Assembly: GCA_003131685.1 (NCBI GenBank)
Contig: PKWB01000147.1
Span: 1,580 to 65,579 of the forward strand
DNA: 64,000 nt
From: Candidatus Dormiibacterota bacterium
Lineage (GTDB): Bacteria; Chloroflexota; Dormibacteria; Aeolococcales; Aeolococcaceae
Direction: 5' to 3'
Below, piece after piece: positions 50,735 to 59,908 of this stretch (position 1 is its first letter; each line of letters begins with the position of its first letter). The notes beneath the pieces are model-generated. The model was given only the letters and a program-made list of their open reading frames with translations. It was not told the DNA's origin and did not search any database. The position numbers and the translations under genes were made by a program.

Positions 50735-52960
50735 CTACCCTACCGCAAGAATGATGGCGTCAGCGTTGCTGTACACCACATGACCGAGCTGCAGCACCGC
50801 GGCATCGTGGATGCCGTGGAGGCGATCGATGAAGAGCAAGTGCACCGAGTACTGGCTCGTCATGGTCTGGAGCGCGCCGGCGTCCGCATGGTCGAAGACG
50901 GCATTGTTGAGCATCTGTCGATCGGCAAAGGCCGTTGCCGTCGGCGATGCGAGCCCCGGCGTGACGCCGTAGCGGATGGGGTCATATGCCTCGATGAAGA
51001 CCTGACGTTCCGAGAATGCCGTGTAGTAGAAATACTTGCCATTCCCCATGGCCGGATCGAGCCAGTGGTTGTTGACGGCGAACACGGTGTTGACCGACGT
51101 GTGATCGTGCAGCCACTGCAGAGCGGTCACGAGTCCGGGGGCGAGCACCACCTGCGACGAGGTGGTGGGGGTGCCTGCGAGCATCTTTCGCACGGTCGGA
51201 TAGACGGTGAGGGGTGTGGTCACAACCGCCGCTGCCACCAGCGGGATGAGCCCGAGAGCGAGCGCTCCTGATGCGAAACGCCGGCGTGCCAGAACGACCA
51301 GCGCCCAGACGATCACGAAGACCAGGATGGCGGCGACGAAACCGGCGTAAAAGAGCATCGTCGTCCTCGGCGCGGTGATCGACTGCGAAGCGATCTTGCC
51401 CACTGCGATGAGCAGCACGACCCAGGACGCCAACGCGATCGCGATCCCGCGCCGGGAAACCGGCAGTGCACGCCCAGCGTCCATCCAGGCCAGCCGCAAG
51501 CCGCCGCCGGCGGCGATGGCCCCGGCGACATAACCCGTTTCCTCGAAGTATCCCTCGCTGTATGAAACTTGATGCACGACGCTGGCGATGCAAATGCCAC
51601 CAGCGAGCATGCAGAGCGGGAGCACGAATGACGACAGTTCATGGCGGTGCCGGCGTCGGAGCAGGTAGAGGATCCCAGCGAGCGGCAGGAGGAACCCGGC
51701 AAGTCCGGCGGCAAACGCGAAGGGAAGAACAAACTGGCGCAGCAGCGTGTGCTGGATCCCCAAAGCGAAAACCACCGGAGGTGTGCCGTTGAGCCACATC
51801 AGGAAACTGATGACCGTGTCCGGGGCGGTTCCCGCGTAGATGACCGCGTAGGTGATGACGAAGACAACGACTCCCAGTCCCACGGTCACGATCGCGGCTC
51901 TGGGAGCCGTGCGGCGAAACAGAAGATGCAGCACCGTGTACAGACCGGTACCGACGATGATGACGGGGAGAACCGTTGCCTTCGCACCGGACGCGCCGAT
52001 CATGAGCAGGGTGATCAGCGCCCAGGAGCGAAGATCGCTGGACGTGCGCCACGTGGCATTGCGGAGCCGTTCGGTGATCAAGTAGAGCAGAGCAAGGAAG
52101 AACATCAACCCGAATGGGAATGTCCAGCTGTTCCAGAGATTGATGAGGACGCCGTCGCCGAAGGGGGTTCCTGTTGAGTGCGCGATAACGCCGAGCGGTC
52201 CCATGAGAAAAAGAATCCCCACTGCGATCGCCCCGGTCCACGCGGCGCCACCGATGAGACGTCCCACGGCGAGAAGCTGGCAGCCGACCACGACGATGGT
52301 CGGCACATAGTCCAGCCTCAGCGCGATGATCGGGATCGCAAGGTGCGTTACCTGGCTTGCCGCGGCCATGTGAAAGAAGACAAACCACTCGTAATGGAGT
52401 GCAATGCCTGCCAGGCCGGGGCTGGTCGGCGGCCAGTGGTTCATCACCTGCGCGATGAGCCCGATGAAGTATGGGAAATCCGGGTATTCGAGCACCACGG
52501 AGGAACTCGGCAATGGGGCCTGGGGGAGCAGCATGATCGTCAGATAGACGATCCCCACTGACAGAGCCCCCGCGACGGTCCACATCAGCGCGCGAGACAT
52601 CCCGTCCGGGTCTGGATCGTTCTGCACCGCCCTCCGACGCCTGTAGATGACGAGAGCGCTCGGGACAATCACCACCACGGGATAGAGGACGAAAAGGCCC
52701 CGCAGCCCGAGGGATGCAGTGGCGCTGAATGCCAGGATCTCGAGCGTCTGACCGAGTGGCCATCCAAGCGCGATGGTGACCAGGAAGTGTGTGCGACGCC
52801 CGCGAACTGCCCACAACAGTGCCGCCCCGGGAAGCGCTACGAAGGCCGCGTCGTAGGCGAGGAACTTGATGACGTCGAGGACAGCGACCCCGGTGATGAG
52901 CCAGCCGATCACGGCCACCACGACAACCAGTGCGGACGGTCCGAGCGCGCGACGGAGCAT
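50735..52960 (-). CDS. GT-C-like polytopic membrane glycosyltransferase candidate (paralog of 46707..48827)
   Basis: 741 aa, 13 or more TM segments, acidic motif EYPDFPYF in an early loop, soluble C-terminal domain. Co-operonic with a methyltransferase and a polyprenyl-P-sugar synthase. Confidence 0.55.
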   Translation of the reverse strand: MLRRALGPSALVVVVAVIGWLITGVAVLDVIKFLAYDAAFVALPGAALLWAVRGRRTHFLVTIALGWPLGQTLEILAFSATASLGLRGLFVLYPVVVIVPSALVIYRRRRAVQNDPDPDGMSRALMWTVAGALSVGIVYLTIMLLPQAPLPSSSVVLEYPDFPYFIGLIAQVMNHWPPTSPGLAGIALHYEWFVFFHMAAASQVTHLAIPIIALRLDYVPTIVVVGCQLLAVGRLIGGAAWTGAIAVGILFLMGPLGVIAHSTGTPFGDGVLINLWNSWTFPFGLMFFLALLYLITERLRNATWRTSSDLRSWALITLLMIGASGAKATVLPVIIVGTGLYTVLHLLFRRTAPRAAIVTVGLGVVVFVITYAVIYAGTAPDTVISFLMWLNGTPPVVFALGIQHTLLRQFVLPFAFAAGLAGFLLPLAGILYLLRRRHRHELSSFVLPLCMLAGGICIASVVHQVSYSEGYFEETGYVAGAIAAGGGLRLAWMDAGRALPVSRRGIAIALASWVVLLIAVGKIASQSITAPRTTMLFYAGFVAAILVFVIVWALVVLARRRFASGALALGLIPLVAAAVVTTPLTVYPTVRKMLAGTPTTSSQVVLAPGLVTALQWLHDHTSVNTVFAVNNHWLDPAMGNGKYFYYTAFSERQVFIEAYDPIRYGVTPGLASPTATAFADRQMLNNAVFDHADAGALQTMTSQYSVHLLFIDRLHGIHDAAVLQLGHVVYSNADAIILAVG

Positions 52961-52980
52961 TCCGGGGGAGTATCGCCGGT

Positions 52981-54729
52981 TCAGGAGGAAACCGCACCCT
53001 CAGGCCGGCTCCCGCGTGGGGCGACGGTGGACGTTCCGTTGAGGATGCCTTCCACCACCCGATCGAGGGCGGGGTCCACCCCGGGATCCAGATCGCTCGC
53101 CTGGACCGCTCGGATCCGGGGGCTGCTGCGGCCGTCCTCGGTGACTGCTCCGAGGACGTTGTGGAACCTGAAGAAGAGGAGCACTGCGTACCGGCGGGCG
53201 AGCTCGCGGATCCGGTCTCGCTCCTGCGTGTCAGGAGGATCGCTGAGCAGACGATCGGCCTCCGCCCAATAATCATCATCGGTATTCGGGTCGAACGTGA
53301 AGCCCCGGCCTCGGTAGTGCGTGTCAGCCGCGACAAGCACCGGCACACCACGAGCGGCCAGCTCGAGTCCGACTGTCGAGGAATAGACGAATCCCAGCAT
53401 GGCCTCGTCCATGAACACGTACGAGCTGGTCGGATCGTCCGCCTGCACCACCCGGACATTCGTCGGGAGGACGGGCACATATCGCGCGATGTGATCCGCC
53501 ATGCGTTCACGCGTGGGGTGGTTGCGTAACTTGATCTCTGCGGGGTGGATTCGGACCACCAGGTCGATCTCCGGGTGCCGGCGCGCCCAGTTGATCCCCT
53601 GGATCACCCATTCACCCATTCCCGCGAAGGCGATCTCGCGTTCGAGGACCGCGCTGTCCCACATGATGTTGCAGAACATGACGACCAGCGGCCGCCCGGC
53701 CCCGAGGCGGAAGTCTCGGTGAATCCGGTCGACGTCGTCGACGGGCTCGGTCCAGAAGTTGTTAGGCACGCCGATCCCGCGGCGCCGCTGACCGAGATAC
53801 GCGTCGATCGCCTGTGATTCATCCTCGGTGAGCGGAGTGTCACGGACGCCTTCCCAGGTTCCCGCCGGCACCTTGAGGTGGGAAGCGGTGGCTCCCGTGG
53901 TCATCACGATGCTGTCGTGTATGAAGCCTTTCTCATACGTACCAAAGGGAATCCCGCGCTCGCCGGCCACCGCCATCATGATCTGCTCGGCGAAGAACGT
54001 GCCGTTCAGCATGAACACGCGTTCCGGGGTGACGCGGTCGAGCATGGCGCGCAGTCCCCGGGCGACGACGGTCCCGCTGATCAGAAAAGAGCGATATGTG
54101 TCGACAACCTCGGGCGTGTCGGGAAGCGTTCCTCGTGAGAGGAACCACGCAACCGAGATGCGCACCAGGCGTCCGAGTGGCAGCCCTTGATCGACGTAGG
54201 CCTCGCATTCGCTCACCGTTGTGAGCCTGGCCACTCGCTTGCGAGCGATCTTGACGTCGAGGTCGACATCAAGGACGTCGTGCAGCGAGACGCTTTCGAA
54301 GCCTGCGGCGCGAATGGCTCCGGAAACGTATTCTCGGCACGAGTGGCAGGGCATCGGCGGCGAGGCATCAACGGTCATCACCTCGCAGATCGGGAGGCGC
54401 CCACCGCAGTACGCGAAGATCGCGTCGCCGCCTCGTCGCCGGACCGCATGGCCCAGGACGGTCTCGATGATGACGTGGGTCGACCAGCCACGCCAGCTCA
54501 TGAACAGGACGCGTTCAGACCCTGGCACGGGCGTGGTGGCCGTGACCGCGATCTGATGCAGCGCCTTCCATTCGGGCGGATCGAATGGCCTCGGGAGGCC
54601 CACCTGTGCGGCGGTCTCGCGGCCGGCGCCCCACACCTCACGCATCCGGCGCTTCCATCGGGGGTGGCGCCACGCCCAGTCGAGCACCCGTCCGCGGATG
54701 CTCGGGCGCCTTGGGGTCAAGTCATTCAA
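52981..54729 (-). CDS. TagF/KpsC-like HP-motif GT-B transferase (capsule/teichoic-type polymer synthesis family). Candidate glycerophospho- or nonulosonate transferase.
   Basis: 582 aa with VVRIHPAEIKLRNHP and downstream YVFMDEAMLGFVYSSTVGLELAARGVPVL, resembling the CDP-glycerol glycerophosphotransferase / Capsule_synth HP-motif fold. N-terminal Cys cluster (C-x7-C...C-x2-C). Confidence 0.5.
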   Translation of the reverse strand: MNDLTPRRPSIRGRVLDWAWRHPRWKRRMREVWGAGRETAAQVGLPRPFDPPEWKALHQIAVTATTPVPGSERVLFMSWRGWSTHVIIETVLGHAVRRRGGDAIFAYCGGRLPICEVMTVDASPPMPCHSCREYVSGAIRAAGFESVSLHDVLDVDLDVKIARKRVARLTTVSECEAYVDQGLPLGRLVRISVAWFLSRGTLPDTPEVVDTYRSFLISGTVVARGLRAMLDRVTPERVFMLNGTFFAEQIMMAVAGERGIPFGTYEKGFIHDSIVMTTGATASHLKVPAGTWEGVRDTPLTEDESQAIDAYLGQRRRGIGVPNNFWTEPVDDVDRIHRDFRLGAGRPLVVMFCNIMWDSAVLEREIAFAGMGEWVIQGINWARRHPEIDLVVRIHPAEIKLRNHPTRERMADHIARYVPVLPTNVRVVQADDPTSSYVFMDEAMLGFVYSSTVGLELAARGVPVLVAADTHYRGRGFTFDPNTDDDYWAEADRLLSDPPDTQERDRIRELARRYAVLLFFRFHNVLGAVTEDGRSSPRIRAVQASDLDPGVDPALDRVVEGILNGTSTVAPRGSRPEGAVSS

Positions 54730-54827
54730 CGGTCGTGGCCCATGCGACCCAAACTATCATCTGGATGCATGTCCGCTCCTCCTCCCACTCCGTCTGCTGA
54801 GAGCGATACAAGGCAAATCGCTCAGTC

Positions 54828-55907
54828 GTGAGTGCACTGGTCTACGGCAACGCTGAGTTCCTGATCGGCACGCGCCCGGTCGGCGGCGACCATCCCTGCT
54901 ACGTCATCGCCGAGGCCGGCGCCAATCACAATCGCGACCTCGGTACAGCGTTTCGCCTCATCGAGGCCGCCGCGGCCGTGGGTGCTGATGCCGTCAAGTT
55001 TCAAACCTACACGGCTGAAGGGTTGTACTCGCGGCGGACGCCCGACATGAAGTATCTCAAGGACAAGGGGCTGGTCGGAGACCAGGAATCGGTGTGGGAG
55101 CTGATCAAGCGGGTCGAGATCCCCTGGGAGTGGCACGCGGATCTTGCACGCCATGCACGTGAGCTTGGTATCGCCTTCTTCTCAACGCCATTCGAGGAAG
55201 CCGCGGTCGACGTCCTCGAAGAGGTCGGAGTCCCCGCGTACAAGATCGCGTCCTACGAGGTGACTCACCTGCCCTTGATCGAGCGAGTCGCACGCACCGG
55301 CAAGCCGTTGCTCATCTCGACCGGCATGGCATCGCTCGGTGACATCGAGCGGGCTCTCGACACGGCGTCGGCTGCCGGCGCCACCGACCTCCTCGTCATG
55401 CATTGTGCGGTCAACTATCCACCTCGGTTTGCGGATCTCAATCTACGGGCTATCACAACGCTGCGCAGTGCCTTCCAGATCCCGATCGGTTGGTCCGACC
55501 ACACCATGGGCCACACGGCCGATGTCGTCGCCGTGACCCTGGGAGCGTGCGCGGTGGAGAAGCACTTCACGCTGAGCAGGGACCAAGCGGGTCCCGATCA
55601 CCCATTTGCGCTGGAGCCTCAGGAACTTGCGGAGATGGTCACCGCGATTCGGGAGGCGGAGGAGTCGCTCGGTTCAAGCGTCAAGAGGGTTACCACGGCA
55701 GAGGCAGACCTCTTCCGGCTCGGCCGCCGCAGCATTGTTGCTGCGCGCGACATCCCCGCCGGCGACGAGCTCACGCGCGAGGATCTCGCCATCAAGCGAC
55801 CGGGATTTGGCATTCCGGTGGAGTCGCTTGACCAGGTCGTCGGCCGGCACGTCGCGCACGACGTCGCCGGGGATCAGGTGCTCCAATGGGATGACCTGGT
55901 TCGCTAA
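54828..55907 (+). CDS. pseI: Nonulosonic acid synthase (NeuB/PseI/LegI family; pseudaminic acid synthase-like)
   Basis: TIM-barrel NeuB motifs (CYVIAEAGANHNRDLGTAF, AVKFQTY) and C-terminal SAF domain (AARDIPAGDELTREDLAIKRPGFGIP). Confidence 0.85.
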   Translation: MSALVYGNAEFLIGTRPVGGDHPCYVIAEAGANHNRDLGTAFRLIEAAAAVGADAVKFQTYTAEGLYSRRTPDMKYLKDKGLVGDQESVWELIKRVEIPWEWHADLARHARELGIAFFSTPFEEAAVDVLEEVGVPAYKIASYEVTHLPLIERVARTGKPLLISTGMASLGDIERALDTASAAGATDLLVMHCAVNYPPRFADLNLRAITTLRSAFQIPIGWSDHTMGHTADVVAVTLGACAVEKHFTLSRDQAGPDHPFALEPQELAEMVTAIREAEESLGSSVKRVTTAEADLFRLGRRSIVAARDIPAGDELTREDLAIKRPGFGIPVESLDQVVGRHVAHDVAGDQVLQWDDLVR

Positions 55908-55909
55908 GG

Positions 55910-56416
55910 ATGACGCCACCGCTCGTCACGCTGCGTCTTGCACGCGATGACGACGCCGATCGTCTCCTCGAGTGGCGCAATGACGCAGACGCCGTCCGCT
56001 TCGGCGTCAGCGGCCGGCACGTGACCGGCGAGGATCACGCGCGGTGGTTCGCGACGCGACGCCGCGACCCGAGCGTGCACCTCTGGATTGCGGAAGTGGA
56101 CGGGACTCCGGTGGGACAGGTGCGTGTTGACGACGAACCTGACGGTGTTGGTGTGGTGTCGGTCGCGGTTGCCCCCGCACATCGGGGGCGGGGGATCGGA
56201 TCCGAGATGCTCCGAGCGATGGCCGCCACCGTTGTCGCAGAGACGACGGTGTGCGTGTTGAAAGCGCTTGTCCATCCCGACAATGTGCAATCCATCCGTG
56301 CGTTCGAGAGGGCGGGCTTCGGCATGACGGCGTCAAAAGAGGGCGGTTTCACCGTGCTCGAAAGGGCCGTTGGCGAAGAACGCACGCAAGGGAGGATCAG
56401 TCGACCGCCCGTATGA
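55910..56416 (+). CDS. GNAT-family N-acetyltransferase (PseH-like position, immediately after pseI)
   Basis: 168 aa. GNAT motif A (VVSVAVAPAHRGRGIGSEMLRAM). Confidence 0.7.
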   Translation: MTPPLVTLRLARDDDADRLLEWRNDADAVRFGVSGRHVTGEDHARWFATRRRDPSVHLWIAEVDGTPVGQVRVDDEPDGVGVVSVAVAPAHRGRGIGSEMLRAMAATVVAETTVCVLKALVHPDNVQSIRAFERAGFGMTASKEGGFTVLERAVGEERTQGRISRPPV

Positions 56417-57716
56417 CCCCTGACGCTGCCAGCCGATCGAGAATCTCGACAACAGCGGAGGTCGGCACGCCCGTCCGTTCCGCAAGTCGCTCCACGTCGT
56501 GGTCGCCGTCGCAGTACGCGAGCACGTTCATCATCACTCGTGCATCGGTTGCGCTTCCCTTGTAGCTGGTCGTTGGGTAGAGCCCGCGTGGACCGAGCTG
56601 CGGCTCGCCGGGCAGCACCGCCCGCCAACGCCGGTTGGACTCGAGCAGCTCGATACAGCGGCGGATGACGTCAAGACCGCCCTGGAGACCTGCCGGCGTG
56701 ACGACGTCGAGCCCGTCGAGGCTCGTGTGATATTCCGGGAAGGTGCCGTACTTGGAGCGCATCACCGAGCAGACCGGGAGGTCGGCACCAGGCGAGCACC
56801 ATTGCCGCTCGTCGCTGCCCCGTTCGAGGAAGCTGTACTCCACCCAAGCCGGCACCGACTCGTCGAGCACGCAGCGCGAGACCCGGTCGGCGAGGGTCCC
56901 GCCGAGTCGCGACGGGACATACGAGAACGCGCGGTCGTCACCGATGCACGTGACCACCCAGCCGGCACGCACCCGCTGACGCAGGTGATCGAGATGGCGC
57001 GACAGGTACACGATGGCGCCGATGGTCTCCGGCGCGAACACGAGTCGATACGTGTACCGCCGTGTGGGCAGCGAGGCGAGCCAGCGTCCCAGCGCCACCG
57101 TGACCACCGGTCCCGACAGCTCGTTGTTGGCCATCGACGGGTGGCACATGTACGTCGAGAGCAGCACCTCATCCTCGGTCTCGCCAGGGATCACCACGTC
57201 GGCATACGTGAGCGACCCTGGCGCCAGTGTGGAGTCGATTCGAACTTGGAATGGACCCGAACCGAGTTGCTCACGATGCTTCTGCGTCAGGCAAAACCCC
57301 CACGTACGCTTGTAGTAGGAGGTCACGTACGGGATCGCATCCGGTTGCTCCGCCAGCGAGTGGAGATGCGGCTCGAGCTCGTCACGACCCATGACCTGGT
57401 CGACGGGCTCGGAGTAGCCGACAACGTGAAGATTCGACTCTCGGAAGTCGACCAGGCGGCGGCCGTCGAGATCGGCGATGTAGGCGTCTCGAATGTTCCA
57501 CTCATCCGGGATCGTCCAGTCGAGAGCGCGCGTGCCGCTGGGGACCTCGTGCACCTCGAGCGACGGCAGCAGCGTCTGGAGGTATGCGAGCGTCGTGCGC
57601 ACGCCATCACCGGTGAGGCTGCGGCAGATCGGAAAAAGCTCGGTCGCCCACCTGTGCAGATCGGCCCCCGTGTCCACGGGAGACGATGCTGCCGTTCGAG
57701 GTGGGCTAGCCGTCAT
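56397..57716 (-). CDS. DUF4910/DUF2172 aminopeptidase-like domain protein (COG4310-like) with a C-terminal winged helix
   Basis: M28-like peptidase-fold region typical of COG4310 proteins found in polysaccharide loci. C-terminal VERLAERTGVPTSAVVEILDRLAASGVI wHTH-like. Start chosen after the stop of the upstream gene. Confidence 0.55.
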   Translation of the reverse strand: MTASPPRTAASSPVDTGADLHRWATELFPICRSLTGDGVRTTLAYLQTLLPSLEVHEVPSGTRALDWTIPDEWNIRDAYIADLDGRRLVDFRESNLHVVGYSEPVDQVMGRDELEPHLHSLAEQPDAIPYVTSYYKRTWGFCLTQKHREQLGSGPFQVRIDSTLAPGSLTYADVVIPGETEDEVLLSTYMCHPSMANNELSGPVVTVALGRWLASLPTRRYTYRLVFAPETIGAIVYLSRHLDHLRQRVRAGWVVTCIGDDRAFSYVPSRLGGTLADRVSRCVLDESVPAWVEYSFLERGSDERQWCSPGADLPVCSVMRSKYGTFPEYHTSLDGLDVVTPAGLQGGLDVIRRCIELLESNRRWRAVLPGEPQLGPRGLYPTTSYKGSATDARVMMNVLAYCDGDHDVERLAERTGVPTSAVVEILDRLAASGVIRAVD

Positions 57717-58518
57717 GTTCGACGCTGTACAGCAGGCCTTCTGCCCTTCCATCGTCGATGACGCGTTCCACTGCGGCAAAGAGACGATCCGCATCGATGA
57801 CTCGGAGTCCGGATCCCTCGCCCGGGCGATCGCCGCTGTAGAGCGATTGCTCCCAGAGGAGTTCGCCCATCGGATCGACATCGGTCTTGACACCTTGCTC
57901 GAGATCCCGAACGAAGAGACCGTACTCCCGTCGTGCCGTTACGCCCGAAGAGTCGGTGTAGTCACCCGCAAAGCTCTTGTGAAAACGGTACGGAACGTTC
58001 TTCATCTCTTCGACGTGATGGTAGAAGGTCATGCTGTGCTGGTCGGGAAGATCAAGGATCGCGATACGGCCGCCAAGCACACGGAGTCTCGCAAACGGCG
58101 AATCAGCGCCATACCCACTGAAGTTGTCGATGTCCGCGAACTCCTCGGCGCGAGCACCGATCACAGCAAAGGAATAGATCGGATGCCCGGTGCGGACAGC
58201 GCCGTCCAGCTGGCGCGCGGTTTCGGTCAGCACACCCATCTGGCTCGGAGTGGTGCGGATATCGAAGGCGACGCCCTCTGTGAACTCGAAGTTGAACAGC
58301 GGGAAAAGCAAGGTACCGGTGTCACCGACTGCTTCCCTGAAACTGTCGAGAATGTCGCCGACCGCGCCGGGCATGCCGCCTTGCACGCAACGCCGGACGG
58401 TGCGTCGCAAGCTGCTGTGAATCAGGACGAGGTCGCCAGTGCGTATCCCCGCATGGCGCCAGTCCTCAGCGAGCGAGGTCACGGCCTGATCATCCATCGC
58501 GTCTCCTCGTGTCCCCAA
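57706..58518 (-). CDS. AAC(3)-family (Antibiotic_NAT) N-acetyltransferase
   Basis: 270 aa. GDLVLIHSSLRRTV...TGTLLFPLF...THHVEEMKNVPYR, diagnostic of aminoglycoside 3-N-acetyltransferase-like enzymes. Confidence 0.7.
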   Translation of the reverse strand: MGTRGDAMDDQAVTSLAEDWRHAGIRTGDLVLIHSSLRRTVRRCVQGGMPGAVGDILDSFREAVGDTGTLLFPLFNFEFTEGVAFDIRTTPSQMGVLTETARQLDGAVRTGHPIYSFAVIGARAEEFADIDNFSGYGADSPFARLRVLGGRIAILDLPDQHSMTFYHHVEEMKNVPYRFHKSFAGDYTDSSGVTARREYGLFVRDLEQGVKTDVDPMGELLWEQSLYSGDRPGEGSGLRVIDADRLFAAVERVIDDGRAEGLLYSVEHDG

Positions 58519-58546
58519 CGCATCATCGTTCAGACAACCCTCCGCA

Positions 58547-59908
58547 CTACTCCTTATCCTCGCGGCGCCAGAGGGTGGAGGTTGCCATACCGCGGGCCTG
58601 GCGAGCTTGATCCCGGCGCCGTGCCACGCGACGTTGCTGGCCGGTTATCTGCGCCACTGGTGCGGCGATCGTCCAGACAGCCTCCGCCGCCACCGATCGT
58701 GCGAGCAACGCCGGGGCGAAGCGTCGCCGGCGGAGGTCAAGGGCGTGCCGGGCGGGACCGGTAGGCCAGTCTGCGGCGATCGCCTCGAGGCGCGCCGCGA
58801 CACGTTCAGTGGCGTGGCCGTCGATGTGGCCGAGCGCCTGCTCGTACCACGCGGCGCAGGCCGGGCCCGGCACCGCGCTCAGATCCTGCAGGAGCGCAGC
58901 AAGGTGCTCGGCAGATGATGCCTGGCGCAGGCATCCGGCCGGTGCCTCCTCGAATGGAATCAGACGCTCTCGAAACCGCTCGTACTCGTCTCCCCAGGCT
59001 GCATAGATGACGGACTTCCGCGCGGCGACGGCCTCGTACAGGGCGGTTGTCTGAAACCCGACCACCGCGTCTGCCGCGACGATCAGCTCGCGGGTGTCGG
59101 CACCGATCTCCGCTACTGAGAATCCGTGGCGCCAGAGTGCCCCCGCCTCGCGCGCAAGTCGGGCTGACTCGACCTCCTGGTTCTGCTGCGGGTGGCACTT
59201 GACGATGACCTCGCACGAACCAGAACGGGCCGCAGTCATGAGCACCGCCTCGGTCCCGTTGCGGAGCTGCCTCCAGGTGGACGGTCGAGGGTCCTGTGCG
59301 GCGCGGGGAACATATGCGTCGAGTGCGTAGGAGAGCAGCAGCACCCGAGGGCGCGGGTTCGCGGGCCTGGACGTCTGCGTTGCGTACATGTCGATGCGCG
59401 GCTGGCCGGTCACCTCGACGTGGCTTCGCTCAGCGCCGGCACGGAGCCAGAACTCCATGTGCCGTTCACTGCACACCGTCATGAAGTCGGAGATGAACGG
59501 CGCCGCCGCCCGCATGTTTGCGCTGTGGACCTGCATGGTACCCACAGAGACCGTCGTCTCCTTTTGCACAACCACCACCGGGATACCGAGCGCATGGGCG
59601 GCGCCGGGGAGGCTGCGAACGTAGAAGAAGGTGTCCGATGGCAGGACGATGACGTCAAAGGCCTGCTCCAGATACAGGCGGCGCACCTCGCCGAACAGCC
59701 ATCGCGCATACCGGCGTCGCGCCGGTTCCAGGTCGGCGCGATTGTAGGTATCGAGACCGGTTGCCACGTCGTTGCCGAGCATTCGCAGGGCCGGTCCGCG
59801 GAGGCGCTGATACGGGAACCGGCGGACACGCAGGCGCGGATGCGCTTCCAGAGCACGAAGATCCTGATCGAAGTAGTGGTCCAGGGCGAGGACCTGGAGA
59901 CGTTCCAT
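58547..59908 (-). CDS. TagF/KpsS-like HP-motif transferase candidate (second copy; putative nonulosonate or phospho-sugar transferase)
   Basis: CEVIVKCHPQQN HP motif and GT-B-like C-half. Start at MERLQV. ATGA-coupled to the upstream flippase gene. Confidence 0.45.
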   Translation of the reverse strand: MERLQVLALDHYFDQDLRALEAHPRLRVRRFPYQRLRGPALRMLGNDVATGLDTYNRADLEPARRRYARWLFGEVRRLYLEQAFDVIVLPSDTFFYVRSLPGAAHALGIPVVVVQKETTVSVGTMQVHSANMRAAAPFISDFMTVCSERHMEFWLRAGAERSHVEVTGQPRIDMYATQTSRPANPRPRVLLLSYALDAYVPRAAQDPRPSTWRQLRNGTEAVLMTAARSGSCEVIVKCHPQQNQEVESARLAREAGALWRHGFSVAEIGADTRELIVAADAVVGFQTTALYEAVAARKSVIYAAWGDEYERFRERLIPFEEAPAGCLRQASSAEHLAALLQDLSAVPGPACAAWYEQALGHIDGHATERVAARLEAIAADWPTGPARHALDLRRRRFAPALLARSVAAEAVWTIAAPVAQITGQQRRVARRRDQARQARGMATSTLWRREDKE

